Positions 19,647 through 28,831 of a stretch of 64,000 bases of DNA are shown piece after piece. The stretch comes from an uncultured Actinomycetota bacterium (GTDB lineage: Bacteria > Actinomycetota > Actinomycetes > Propionibacteriales > Nocardioidaceae), in assembly GCA_963843815.1 (NCBI GenBank), contig CAWJLX010000006.1, positions 79,834-143,833 on the forward strand. The letters run 5' to 3'. How positions within the stretch are numbered: the stretch's first letter is position 1; every line of letters begins with the position of its first letter. The notes under the pieces were generated by a model. That model was not told where the DNA came from, searched no databases, and saw nothing but the letters and a program-made list of their open reading frames with translations. Position numbers and translations under genes: made by a program.

Positions 19647-20747
19647 TCAGCCGACCGGGTCGGGGGCCGGCGTCCACTCCGGTCCCTGGCCGAAGCGGGC
19701 CAGGACCGGCCCGTCACGGGTCCAGCGGAGCCGGGCGAGGTAGAGCACCCGGTGGCCGCGCCGGGCCTCGTCGTCGTGGGAGGAGTACGACGCCTCGCAG
19801 GGGCCGTTGACCCCGTCACACACCCAGCCGTGGATGAACAGGCGGTGCGGTGTCAGGGCGACGTAGTCGGCACCACCCGGTCCGCAGATCCCCGTGCTGG
19901 AGCGATCGAGCAGCAGCGTCTCGGGCGCTGAATCCCAGCCGCGGCGGACTGACCGTGAGCGCCGCCAGACCGTCCGGTAGCCGCACCGTCCGTAGTCGCC
20001 CCGGCTCAGCAGCAGGTGGTGCCAGCCCCGGGCGTCGACCATCTCGGGGTTCTCCAGCACGCCGGGGTCGCGCAGCAGCTCGCGGCTCGGACCGGCCGCG
20101 CGTCGACCGCTCCGGGTGAGCCGCACCATCCGGATCGAGGACGGCGTGCCCTGCGTGCGGTAGAGCAGGAACCGACGACCGTCGGGTGCGACGTAGGACG
20201 ACGGGTCGATGACGCCTCGCCGCGGCAGCCCGCGCTCACGGGGTACGACGTCGCTGGCCGGCGCCGTCGCGGCGTCGGCGGGGCATGCCAGGGGCTGGGT
20301 GTGCAGCGGCGTGAAGGGCGTGGCGAGGTCGGGAGCCGTGGCCACGCCGATGCAGCGGTCCTCGGCGAAGGGGAGCCCGACGACGGGGACGGAGTAGTAG
20401 GCCAGCCAGGTGCCGTCCGCTGCTCGGACGAGCTCGGGAGCCCACACGTCACCGTTGCGGGCCCACTGGGGTCGGCTGTCCAGCAGCGGGGGGCCGGCCA
20501 CCCAGCCGGAGTACTCCTGCGGGCTGCTGCTGGTGCCGCCCCGCCATCCCGTCCCGGCCGCGAACCAGCGCGTGCCGTCGAGGACGACGCTCGGGTCGGC
20601 GAGCGGCTGCTCCCAGAAGAGGGGGCGCGGCGGGAAGGGGACGACGTCCGCCGGCGAGGAGGACGGCGTCAGCACGGCCAGCACGGCCAGGGCCAGCGCA
20701 GCGACGCCTGAGACGGCCGTCGCTCGGCGCGCTGCTCGACTCGCCAT
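19647..20747 (-). CDS. secreted glycoside hydrolase family 43-like protein
   Basis: Has a signal peptide from the ATG at 20747 and ADPS, WAPE, IDPS and ENPE motifs in GH43 order. The family assignment is by eye only. Confidence 0.55.
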   Translation of the reverse strand: MASRAARRATAVSGVAALALAVLAVLTPSSSPADVVPFPPRPLFWEQPLADPSVVLDGTRWFAAGTGWRGGTSSSPQEYSGWVAGPPLLDSRPQWARNGDVWAPELVRAADGTWLAYYSVPVVGLPFAEDRCIGVATAPDLATPFTPLHTQPLACPADAATAPASDVVPRERGLPRRGVIDPSSYVAPDGRRFLLYRTQGTPSSIRMVRLTRSGRRAAGPSRELLRDPGVLENPEMVDARGWHHLLLSRGDYGRCGYRTVWRRSRSVRRGWDSAPETLLLDRSSTGICGPGGADYVALTPHRLFIHGWVCDGVNGPCEASYSSHDDEARRGHRVLYLARLRWTRDGPVLARFGQGPEWTPAPDPVG

Positions 20748-21196
20748 CGGCACTGTTCGATCTCCCCCCGGGTCACTGGCACCTTGCGCCGGCAAGGGTA
20801 CGTCTCGCGGGCCTTTCGCGCGTGGCGGACGCCGTTCACCGGGTCGCGAGGACCCCGCGAGCTCAGACAGATCTTGAGAGCGGTGGCCAATCCCACGGAT
20901 ACATCGAGGATCGCGTCAAGCCTGCCTTCAGATCGTCCAAGGCCTTGGTCCAGGGGGTGTTTCTGTGCGTCCCATCGGGTCACTGTGGTGGTGCGAGAGA
21001 ACGCGTGCCGTCCGTCTTGGGGACGACGGCAACAGGGATCGGGAGCCTTGGGGGCCCCGGTCTCGCACCAACGGGATCGACTCGCAGGGGAGCGGGAGCC
21101 GTACGACGTGGGCCCATGGGCGCGCGGCCGGACGGGATCAGCAACCCGGAAACGGCGTCGATCCCTCCAAAATACGGCTATCAAAGGAACACCCAG

Positions 21197-21796
21197 ATGT
21201 CTGACTTCTCCCGCCGCACCGTGGTTCGCGGCTTCGCCTGGACGGTGCCGGTGATCGCCGTGGCGGCCCAGGCACCCGCGTTCGCGACGTCGCACGAGCC
21301 GCCGCCGCCGGTCATCAACTTCGGCGGTGCCTGCGGAAACACAGGGGCCAGGCAGAAGGGCTGTGGGGGCGACAAGTCACTCCAGGTCCCGCTCACGCTG
21401 AGCAACCCGGGGCCCGGGGACATCATCTTCCAGATCACGAGCATGTACACCTGCAACTGCGGTGCCGCGCCCACTGGGCCCGGTGCGGGCGTCTACTCCG
21501 GGGTGAACGGCATCTACAGCACCCCCAGCCACACGGTTGTCAACGAGAACAACTGCACGCTGGTCGCGCAGCCTTCCTGCACCGCGGGCGCGGTCACGGG
21601 GGGGTCCGTCCTCGTTCCAGCCGGGACCGCCGACGCGACGTACTGGATCGAGTCCAAGTCCACGCAGTCCTCCAGCTTGTTCTCGTCGAGGATCTCGTAC
21701 CGGCTGGTCTCCGCGGCTGACTGCACCGTCCTTCGTACAGGCTCGGCCTTCACGTCGAAGGCGATCGAGCCGGCCAACTGCGACGGATCGTCGTAG
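21197..21796 (+). CDS. Tat-signal secreted Cys-rich protein (hypothetical)
   Basis: ATG preceded by AAAGGA. It has the SRRTVVRGFAW twin-arginine motif with AFA cleavage, and 8 Cys in the mature part. Confidence 0.6.
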   Translation: MSDFSRRTVVRGFAWTVPVIAVAAQAPAFATSHEPPPPVINFGGACGNTGARQKGCGGDKSLQVPLTLSNPGPGDIIFQITSMYTCNCGAAPTGPGAGVYSGVNGIYSTPSHTVVNENNCTLVAQPSCTAGAVTGGSVLVPAGTADATYWIESKSTQSSSLFSSRISYRLVSAADCTVLRTGSAFTSKAIEPANCDGSS

Positions 21797-21861
21797 ACCT
21801 GCTTCGCCCCGGAAGGGCCGTACGACGCCGAACCATCACCCGACAAGGAGGCCTGATCCAG

Positions 21862-21990
21862 ATGCGACGCCTGCTCCTGGCCCTCGTTGCGGTGGCGCTC
21901 ACGGTCAGCGGACTTTCCGCCCTCGAGCCGCTGGCGGCCGAGGCGGACGCCGCCTCATGGTCCGGCCAGGCGCACACCATGACTCCCTGA
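21862..21990 (+). CDS. 42-codon ORF encoding a signal-peptide-bearing small peptide (candidate)
   Basis: AAGGAGG RBS 8 nt upstream. The product is MRRLLLALVAVALTVSGLSALEPLAAEADAASWSGQAHTMTP, and 35 of 41 codons end in G or C. It is not in the supplied ORF track because it is under 60 aa. Confidence 0.4.
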   Translation: MRRLLLALVAVALTVSGLSALEPLAAEADAASWSGQAHTMTP

Positions 21991-22215
21991 TGCGTTGAAG
22001 ACCGCTGCCGACAGGCTCGACGCCATCCGTGTGCCGACGACGGGCAGGTCCACTCGGGCCCTGGCCGACACAGGTTCGCGGCCGACGAGCACCTCGTGGC
22101 CGTCTTCATCACCGGGGTAGCAGCAACTGCTGCCCCGGGCCTCCACCCCCAATGGAGGTGAGCCGGCGTCGACGGGCACCCACGAGCCCGTTCGGCGCCG
22201 GCTCTTCCATGTCCT

Positions 22216-22251
22216 GGGGAGCTCTCCGGGGAGCTCTCCGGGGAGTTCCCG
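22216..22251. repeat. 12-bp x3 tandem repeat GGGGAGCTCTCC
   Basis: Two perfect copies plus a degenerate third (GGGGAGTTCCCG) in the non-coding leader of the dehydrogenase operon. Confidence 0.85.
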
Positions 22252-22420
22252 GGAGTGCGCGCAGGGGGCGGCCCGGCCCCAGCCAGATTGGTGCTGGCAG
22301 GCTGCGGCCGTTACGTTGTGCACCATCATGTGGTCGGGGTCACACACGCCGATGACCACGCTGAAAGTTGTCGGCGTCCGGCGATCCCGTGACTGCCGCT
22401 AGCTGTTGAAGGAGAGTGCG

Positions 22421-23578
22421 TTGTCCGATACTGCCGGCTTCGGCCCCGACCTTGCGGAGGTCTTCGGGCCTTCCCAGTCCGACGGTGGGCCCGACCTCAT
22501 CCAGCTGTTGACGCCCGAGGGTGAGCGCGTCCACCACCCCGACTTCGACTACGACTTCTCGGCCGAGGAGCTCCGCGGTCTTTACCGCGACATGGTGCTC
22601 ACCCGACGCATCGACGTCGAGGCCACGGCACTCCAGCGCCACGGCGAGCTCGGCATCTGGGCGCAGCTGCTCGGCCAGGAGGCCGCGCAGATCGGCGCCG
22701 GCCGTGCCCTGCGCCCGCAGGACTACGTCTTCCCGACCTACCGCGAGCACGGCGTCGCCTACTGCAAGGGTGTCGACCCGCTGCGACTGCTCGGCCTCTT
22801 CCGCGGGGTCGACCAGGGTGGCTGGGACCCCAACGAGAACAACTTCGGTCTCTACACGATCGTGATCGGCGCCCAGACCCTGCACGCCACCGGCTACGCC
22901 ATGGGCATGCAGCGCGACGGCGTCGTCGGCACCGGCGACCCCGAGCGCGACTCGGCGGTGATCGCCCACTTCGGTGACGGCGCGTCCTCGCAGGGCGACG
23001 TCAACGAGGCCTTCATCTTCGCCGCGTCCTACAACGCCCCCGTCGTGTTCTTCTGCCAGAACAACCAGTGGGCCATCTCCGAGCCGATCGAGCGCCAGAC
23101 CCGCATCCCGCTCTACCAGCGCGCGCTGGGCTTCGGGTTCCCGGGCGTCCGCGTCGACGGCAACGACGTGCTCGCGACGTACGCCGTCACCAAGGCCGCG
23201 CTGCAGCGCGCGCGCGACGGCAACGGCCCGTCGTTCGTCGAGGCCTACACCTACCGGATGGGTGCCCACACCACCACCGACGACCCGACGCGCTACCGCC
23301 TGAGCGACGAGCTCGAGCACTGGAAGCTCAAGGACCCGATCGAGCGGCTCAAGGTCTACCTGCGCCGCAACGGCCTGGTGGACCAGCAGTTCTTCGACGA
23401 GCTCGACGCCGAGGCCAAGGAGCTGGGCCACCACCTCCGCGAAGGGTGCAAGGCGCTGCCCGACCCCAAGCCCCTGGACCAGTTCGGCTACGTCTTCAGC
23501 GAGATGACCGACGAGCTCGCCGCCCAGCGCGACGGCTTCGCTGCCTACCTCGAGTCCTTTGAGGAGACCCACGCATGA
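22421..23578 (+). CDS. 2-oxoacid dehydrogenase E1 alpha subunit (branched-chain/pyruvate type)
   Basis: Contains the TPP motif HFGDGASSQGDVNEA...CQNNQWA. TTG at 22421, after the GAAGGAG RBS, is preferred over TTG at 22406. Confidence 0.85.
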   Translation: MSDTAGFGPDLAEVFGPSQSDGGPDLIQLLTPEGERVHHPDFDYDFSAEELRGLYRDMVLTRRIDVEATALQRHGELGIWAQLLGQEAAQIGAGRALRPQDYVFPTYREHGVAYCKGVDPLRLLGLFRGVDQGGWDPNENNFGLYTIVIGAQTLHATGYAMGMQRDGVVGTGDPERDSAVIAHFGDGASSQGDVNEAFIFAASYNAPVVFFCQNNQWAISEPIERQTRIPLYQRALGFGFPGVRVDGNDVLATYAVTKAALQRARDGNGPSFVEAYTYRMGAHTTTDDPTRYRLSDELEHWKLKDPIERLKVYLRRNGLVDQQFFDELDAEAKELGHHLREGCKALPDPKPLDQFGYVFSEMTDELAAQRDGFAAYLESFEETHA

Positions 23579-24558
23579 GCACCCAGAAGATCACCCTGGC
23601 CAAGGGCCTCAACATGGGCCTGCGCAAGGCCATGGAGGCCGACGACAAGGTACTGCTCATGGGTGAGGACGTCGGCAAGCTCGGCGGTGTCTTCCGCATC
23701 ACCGACGGTCTGCAGAAGGACTTCGGCGAGGACCGCGTCATCGACAGCCCGCTCGCGGAGTCGGGCATCGTCGGCACCGCGGTCGGCATGGCGCTGCGCG
23801 GCTACCGCCCCGTCGTGGAGATCCAGTTCGACGGCTTCGTCTATCCCGCCTACGACCAGATCGTGTGCCAGGTCGCCAAGTACACCTACCGCTCGCAGGG
23901 CAAGGTGAAGATGCCGATCGTCATCCGCATCCCCTTCGGCGGTGGCATCGGCGCGGTGGAGCACCACTCGGAGAGCCCGGAGGCGCAGTTCGCGCACACG
24001 CCCGGCCTCAAGGTGGTGGCCTGCTCCAACCCGGTCGACGGCTACTGGATGATCCAGCAGGCGATCGCCCACGACGACCCGGTCATCTTCCTCGAGCCCA
24101 AGCGGCAGTACCACGCCGACAAGGCCGAGCTCGACGACTCGGCGACGCCCGAGCCGCTGTTCACCTCGCGCGTCGTGCGACCCGGCAGCGACGCGACGGT
24201 CCTGGCCTACGGCCCGACCGTCAAGACGGCCCTCAAGTGCGCCGAGGCCGCCGAGTCCGAGGGCCGCAGCCTCGAGGTCATCGACCTGCGCACGCTGTCC
24301 CCGCTCGACATGGGGCCGGTCTTCGAGTCCGTACGCCGCACCGGCCGCTGCGTCATCACCCACGAGGCGCACGTCAACCTCGGCATGGGCGCGGAGGTGG
24401 CGGCCCGGATCACCGAGCAGTGCTTCTACTCGCTCGAGGCCCCGGTGCTGCGGGTCGGTGCCTTCGACATGCCCTACCCGCCGTCGCGGATCGAGGAGGA
24501 GTACCTCCCCGACCTCGACCGCGTGCTCGACGCCGTCGATCGCACCTTCGCCTTCTAG
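23575..24558 (+). CDS. 2-oxoacid dehydrogenase E1 beta subunit
   Basis: ATGA overlap with E1 alpha. It shows typical transketolase-like beta-subunit sequence (EIQFDGFVYPAYDQI). Confidence 0.9.
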   Translation: MSTQKITLAKGLNMGLRKAMEADDKVLLMGEDVGKLGGVFRITDGLQKDFGEDRVIDSPLAESGIVGTAVGMALRGYRPVVEIQFDGFVYPAYDQIVCQVAKYTYRSQGKVKMPIVIRIPFGGGIGAVEHHSESPEAQFAHTPGLKVVACSNPVDGYWMIQQAIAHDDPVIFLEPKRQYHADKAELDDSATPEPLFTSRVVRPGSDATVLAYGPTVKTALKCAEAAESEGRSLEVIDLRTLSPLDMGPVFESVRRTGRCVITHEAHVNLGMGAEVAARITEQCFYSLEAPVLRVGAFDMPYPPSRIEEEYLPDLDRVLDAVDRTFAF

Positions 24559-24621
24559 TCCTCCGCCGGGTCGGAGGCCGCCCAGCGAGGCGTTCCGAGA
24601 CCCGGCCCCGAAAGGATCCTG

Positions 24622-26118
24622 ATGTCTGAATTCCTGCTCCCCGACGTCGGTGAAGGTCTCACCGAGGCCGAGATCGTCGCGTGGAAGGTCAAGGTCGGCG
24701 ACACGATCGAGATCAACGACGTGATCGTCGAGATCGAGACCGCCAAGTCGCTGGTCGAGCTGCCCTCGCCCTTCGAGGGCACCGTGCTGGCGCTGCTCGT
24801 CTCCGAGGGCGAGACCGTCGCGGTCGGCACGCCGATCATCTCGGTCGGCGCCGAGGGAGAGGCCCCGGCCCCCGCCGCTGCGCAGACCGCCTCCGGCGCC
24901 GATGACGCCGCGGCCCCGGCCCAGGTCGACGCCGCCGACATCGACCTGTCCAACCCTGCGGCCTCCGGCTCGATGGAGGGCGCCTCGCTCGTCGGGCGCA
25001 TCAAGGCCGATCGCGGTCCGATGCGGCGCGCCCGTCGTGGCTCGGCGTCACCGAGCACCGACGCCGGCGCCCAGACCCAGATGCAGCTGCAGGGGGCGTT
25101 CGCGCCCGGTGGTGCCCTGTCGGAGGACGTACTGCCGGCGGACGAGCCGCCGGTGCCGGCCGTCGACCAGCGTCCTGCTCCGTCCGCGGCGCCGGCCGAG
25201 GCGCTGGTGCCCCCGTCGGCCCAGGCCGAGCCCAGCGACGTACGCGCCCTGGCGAAGCCGCCGGTGCGCAAGCTCGCCAAGGACCTCGGCGTGGACCTGT
25301 CGACGCTGACGGGTTCCGGGCCGTCGGGCTCGATCACCCGCGACGACGTCCAGGGTGCCGGCTCGCGCAAGGCCGCTCCGGCCGCCGCTCCCGCTGCCGT
25401 GAGGTCCGCCCCCGGTGAGCGCGAGACCCGCGAGCCGATCAAGGGGGTGCGCAAGATGATGGCGGCGGCGATGAGCCAGTCGGCCTTCACCAGCCCGCAC
25501 GTCACCGAGTGGGTCACCGTCGACGTCACTGCTGCGATGCAGCTGGTGGCCCGGTTGAAGAAGCGCCCGGAGTTCCGCGACGTCAAGGTCAGCCCGCTGC
25601 TCGTGCTGGCGCGTGCCGTCATCCTCGCGATGAAGCGCACGCCGGAGATCAACTCGTTCTGGGACGAAGCCGCGCAGGAGGTCGTCCACAAGCACTACGT
25701 GAACCTCGGCATCGCCGCGGCGACGCCGCGGGGGCTGGTGGTGCCCAACGTCAAGGACGCCGACGCGCTCTCGCTGACCGAGCTGGCAGCGGCCCTGGGC
25801 CAGCTGACCGCCACCGCGCGCGACGGCAGGACCCAGCCGGCGGAGATGGCGGGCGGCACCTTCACGATCACCAACGTCGGTGTCTTCGGCGTCGACGCCG
25901 GCACGCCGATCATCAACCCCGGCGAGTCCGCGATCCTCTGCTTCGGCGCGATCAACAAGCGGCCGTGGGTGGACGAGGACGGCGAGATCGTCGTGCGCGA
26001 CGTCACCACCCTGGCGCTGTCCTTCGACCACCGTCACATCGACGGCGAGAAGGGCTCACGCTTCCTGGCCGATGTGGCCGGGATCCTCCAGGACCCGGGC
26101 ACGGCGCTGCTCTTCTGA
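24622..26118 (+). CDS. dihydrolipoamide acyltransferase E2
   Basis: Has a lipoyl domain (EIETAKS), Ala/Pro linkers, a subunit-binding domain, and the catalytic SFDHRHIDG. Confidence 0.9.
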   Translation: MSEFLLPDVGEGLTEAEIVAWKVKVGDTIEINDVIVEIETAKSLVELPSPFEGTVLALLVSEGETVAVGTPIISVGAEGEAPAPAAAQTASGADDAAAPAQVDAADIDLSNPAASGSMEGASLVGRIKADRGPMRRARRGSASPSTDAGAQTQMQLQGAFAPGGALSEDVLPADEPPVPAVDQRPAPSAAPAEALVPPSAQAEPSDVRALAKPPVRKLAKDLGVDLSTLTGSGPSGSITRDDVQGAGSRKAAPAAAPAAVRSAPGERETREPIKGVRKMMAAAMSQSAFTSPHVTEWVTVDVTAAMQLVARLKKRPEFRDVKVSPLLVLARAVILAMKRTPEINSFWDEAAQEVVHKHYVNLGIAAATPRGLVVPNVKDADALSLTELAAALGQLTATARDGRTQPAEMAGGTFTITNVGVFGVDAGTPIINPGESAILCFGAINKRPWVDEDGEIVVRDVTTLALSFDHRHIDGEKGSRFLADVAGILQDPGTALLF

Positions 26119-26130
26119 GCTGCTGTCGCA

Positions 26131-26181
26131 GCGGTGCGTGAGGGGGGGTTCCGAGGCTGGGGAACCCCCCTCACGCACCGC
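26131..26181. terminator. long near-perfect hairpin (REP-like family copy A) between convergent genes
   Basis: GCGGTGCGTGAGGGGGG(G)TTCC-loop-GGAACCCCCCTCACGCACCGC gives a stem of about 20 bp with one extra G. Confidence 0.6.
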
Positions 26182-26287
26182 CGCGCGGCGAGCCCTGGTG
26201 GACCTGCCGATCAGCGGTGCGACAGGCGGAATAGGGCGGCCGAGAAGCCCCCTGAGCCACCGCTCGAACGACGCGTACGCCGCCCGG

Positions 26288-27238
26288 TCAGCGGGAGTGC
26301 CACGCGGCGAGGACCTCGGCCTCCCGCTCGGCGGTCAGCGCCGTCACCGGCGAGTCGAGGCAGTCCGCAGCGGTCTCCGCGATCGACCGCAACCGGAGCC
26401 CGGCCGCGACGGCCGGCGTGGGGTCGTGCGCCAGCATCCCGTCGTACTCCGGGCGGGGGAGCCACAGCGGCAGCGACCCCTCGCCCGCCCAGGGGGCCAC
26501 GCCCTGAGCCTCCAGGAACGCTGCGTCGACCCAGGTCAGCCGGGGCTCGGCGCTGCCCACCCCGACGGCCACGTCGGCCAGCACCTCCGAGAGCGGCACC
26601 GGCATCCCGACCGCGTCGAAGACGCCGGTCACGCCGGCCCCGCCCGCATCGAGCAGCCAGGCCGCGAGGTCGCGTACGTCGATGACCTGGACCACGTCCT
26701 CGGGCCGACCGGGCGCCAGCACCTCGCCACCGCGGGCCAGGCGCTGGGGCCAGTGGGCGAAGCGCCCCGACGGGTCACCCGGGCCGACGATCAGGCCGGG
26801 TCGAGCGATCATCCATGACCTCGCGTGCTCCTGCACGATCTGCTCGCAGGCCACCTTCATGCCGCCGTATGCCTCGGGATCGACCGCCAGGTCCACGTCG
26901 TCGGTGATCGGCTCGACGAGCGGCTCCATCGCGGGTGAGGAGCTGTCGGCGTAGGCATTGATCGTCGAGACGAACACCCAATGGGCCCCTGACGTCGCCG
27001 CCACGGCGTTGCGGACGTGCGAGGGGAGACGGGCGACGTCGACCACGACGTCCCACGTGCCCGTCGCGAGCGCGGCGGGGGCCGTCCCGGCCCGGTCCCA
27101 CCTGAGGTGCTCGACACCGACCGGCAGCGGTCCGGACTCGCCACGGCAGCCGCAGGTGACGTGCCACCCGCGCTCCACCGCCTGGGTGGCCACCTCGCGG
27201 GAGAGGAACTGGGTGCCGCCGAGCACGAGGAGCCTCAT
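26288..27238 (-). CDS. NAD(P)-binding SDR/epimerase-family protein
   Basis: N-terminal MRLLVLGGTQFLS Rossmann motif; 316 aa. Confidence 0.7.
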   Translation of the reverse strand: MRLLVLGGTQFLSREVATQAVERGWHVTCGCRGESGPLPVGVEHLRWDRAGTAPAALATGTWDVVVDVARLPSHVRNAVAATSGAHWVFVSTINAYADSSSPAMEPLVEPITDDVDLAVDPEAYGGMKVACEQIVQEHARSWMIARPGLIVGPGDPSGRFAHWPQRLARGGEVLAPGRPEDVVQVIDVRDLAAWLLDAGGAGVTGVFDAVGMPVPLSEVLADVAVGVGSAEPRLTWVDAAFLEAQGVAPWAGEGSLPLWLPRPEYDGMLAHDPTPAVAAGLRLRSIAETAADCLDSPVTALTAEREAEVLAAWHSR

Positions 27239-27373
27239 GCATCCACTCCAGCCCCCGGCTGCCGGGCCGGCAAGATCGTTCGCTGTCGGCGCAACCGAAG
27301 GCGGACCCCTTTGTCATCGACGCCGGTGCGCTGCCAGAATGGCTGTCTCGGATCGTGTGGAAGGAGCAGGGGC

Positions 27374-28831
27374 TTGTCCTTCGATGCTGCCACCGCTACC
27401 TCCGGCGAGTCCACCACTGCCGCGCTGCTCGCCCGCGCGCAGCAGGTGGCCGACCAGCTGCAGAGCGAGGCCAAGCAGGAGGCCGAGCGGCTGACCGCCC
27501 ATCTCGCCGTGCTGCGCGAGGAGGCCCGTCGGCTCGAGGCCGAGGCCCAGCGCGACCGTGCGGAGGCCGGCCGGGCGCGCAAGCAGGCCGAGGACGTGCT
27601 GGCCGGGGCGTCGGAGGAAGCGGCGACCATCGTCATGGACGCCAACGAGCAGGCCGCACTGCTGATGAGCTCGGCCGCGGGCGCGCGTGACGAGCAGGTC
27701 GAGCAGGCGCGACTCGAGGGGGACCAGCTGCGCGCCCGGGCGCAGCAGGACGCTGTCGGGCTCCGCGCCGAGTCCCAGGAGCTGCGCGACACCGCGGCCG
27801 CGGAGAAGGCCGCCATGCTCGACGCCGCGAGGGCGGAGGCGGAGGCCACCGTCGCGGCCGCCCAGGAGACCGCGTCCCGCCTCGTCGAGGAAGGTCGCGC
27901 GACGGGGCAGCACCACCTCGACTCCGCCCGTGCCGAGGCGGAGTCGCTCAGGGCGAGCGCCTCCACCGAATCGGCCCGGATGCGCGACGAGGCTGCGCTT
28001 CACTCCGAGGAGCTGCGCCGCACGGCGGCGCTCGAGGCCGACCGCGTCCGACAGCTGGCCGACGAGACCCTCGCCGCGGCCCGCGCGGAGAGCGAGGAGC
28101 AGCTGCGCCAGGCCGCCGAGCAGACCGCGTGGGCGACCGCCACCGTCCGTTCTGTGCTGGAGGGTGCGGCCTCCGAGGCCGACTCGATCCGCAAGGCCGG
28201 TCACGCCGACGTCGCTGCGCACACGAGCGTCGTACGCCGTCGGCTCCAGGGCGTGATCGCCGCCATCAACGGACGGATGGTCCTCGAGCTGGCCGAGGCC
28301 CATCAGCGTGCCGATGCCACAGACCAGGCGGCCGCCCTTGCGGCCAAGGAGGCGGAGAGCGAGGCGACGGCCATCCGCCAAGGGGCCGAGACCGAGGCAG
28401 CCCGCATCGTCGCCGACGCGACCGACGAGTCCGAGCGCGCGGTGGCTCGCCTCGAGCGCCGTCGCGCCGAGGCGGAGTCGGGCGCCGCAAGCCTGCGCGC
28501 CCTGGTGGCCGAAGAGGTCACCCGCAGCCGTGCCGAAGCGGCGGAGGATCGGCGACGGGCGCGTGAGGAGTCACTGGCGCTCGTGGCCGAGGGCCGTGCC
28601 GAGGCCGACCAGCTCCGCGAGGGCGCCCGACGTGCGCTCGAGCGGGCGCGCGCCGAGATCGCCCAGCTCCAGGTCCAGCGCGACGGCATCGCCGCCGAGC
28701 TCGGACAGCTCTCGGGCGTCATCGAGGCACTCTCGGTCCCCGAGCGTGACCAGACCGCTCTTTCAGGCCCCATCCCGATCATCCACGCTTCCCCCACCCC
28801 GACCTGTGACCAGGAGACCCCCGATGCCTGA
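27374..28831 (+). CDS. long coiled-coil protein (Scy-position homologue)
   Basis: TTG start after a GGAAGGAG RBS. It is 485 aa and almost entirely an A/E/R/L-rich heptad-like sequence. Confidence 0.65.
   Translation: MSFDAATATSGESTTAALLARAQQVADQLQSEAKQEAERLTAHLAVLREEARRLEAEAQRDRAEAGRARKQAEDVLAGASEEAATIVMDANEQAALLMSSAAGARDEQVEQARLEGDQLRARAQQDAVGLRAESQELRDTAAAEKAAMLDAARAEAEATVAAAQETASRLVEEGRATGQHHLDSARAEAESLRASASTESARMRDEAALHSEELRRTAALEADRVRQLADETLAAARAESEEQLRQAAEQTAWATATVRSVLEGAASEADSIRKAGHADVAAHTSVVRRRLQGVIAAINGRMVLELAEAHQRADATDQAAALAAKEAESEATAIRQGAETEAARIVADATDESERAVARLERRRAEAESGAASLRALVAEEVTRSRAEAAEDRRRAREESLALVAEGRAEADQLREGARRALERARAEIAQLQVQRDGIAAELGQLSGVIEALSVPERDQTALSGPIPIIHASPTPTCDQETPDA

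Noticed and set aside
20860-21196. Possible c-di-AMP (ydaO-type) or other riboswitch in the long leader of the secreted Cys-rich protein gene
   Set aside because: There is only vague resemblance (GGGGAGC, CCCGGAA). I could not align the conserved cores of ydaO, cobalamin, glycine, GEMM or ZTP motifs by eye. It needs an Infernal scan before any claim.
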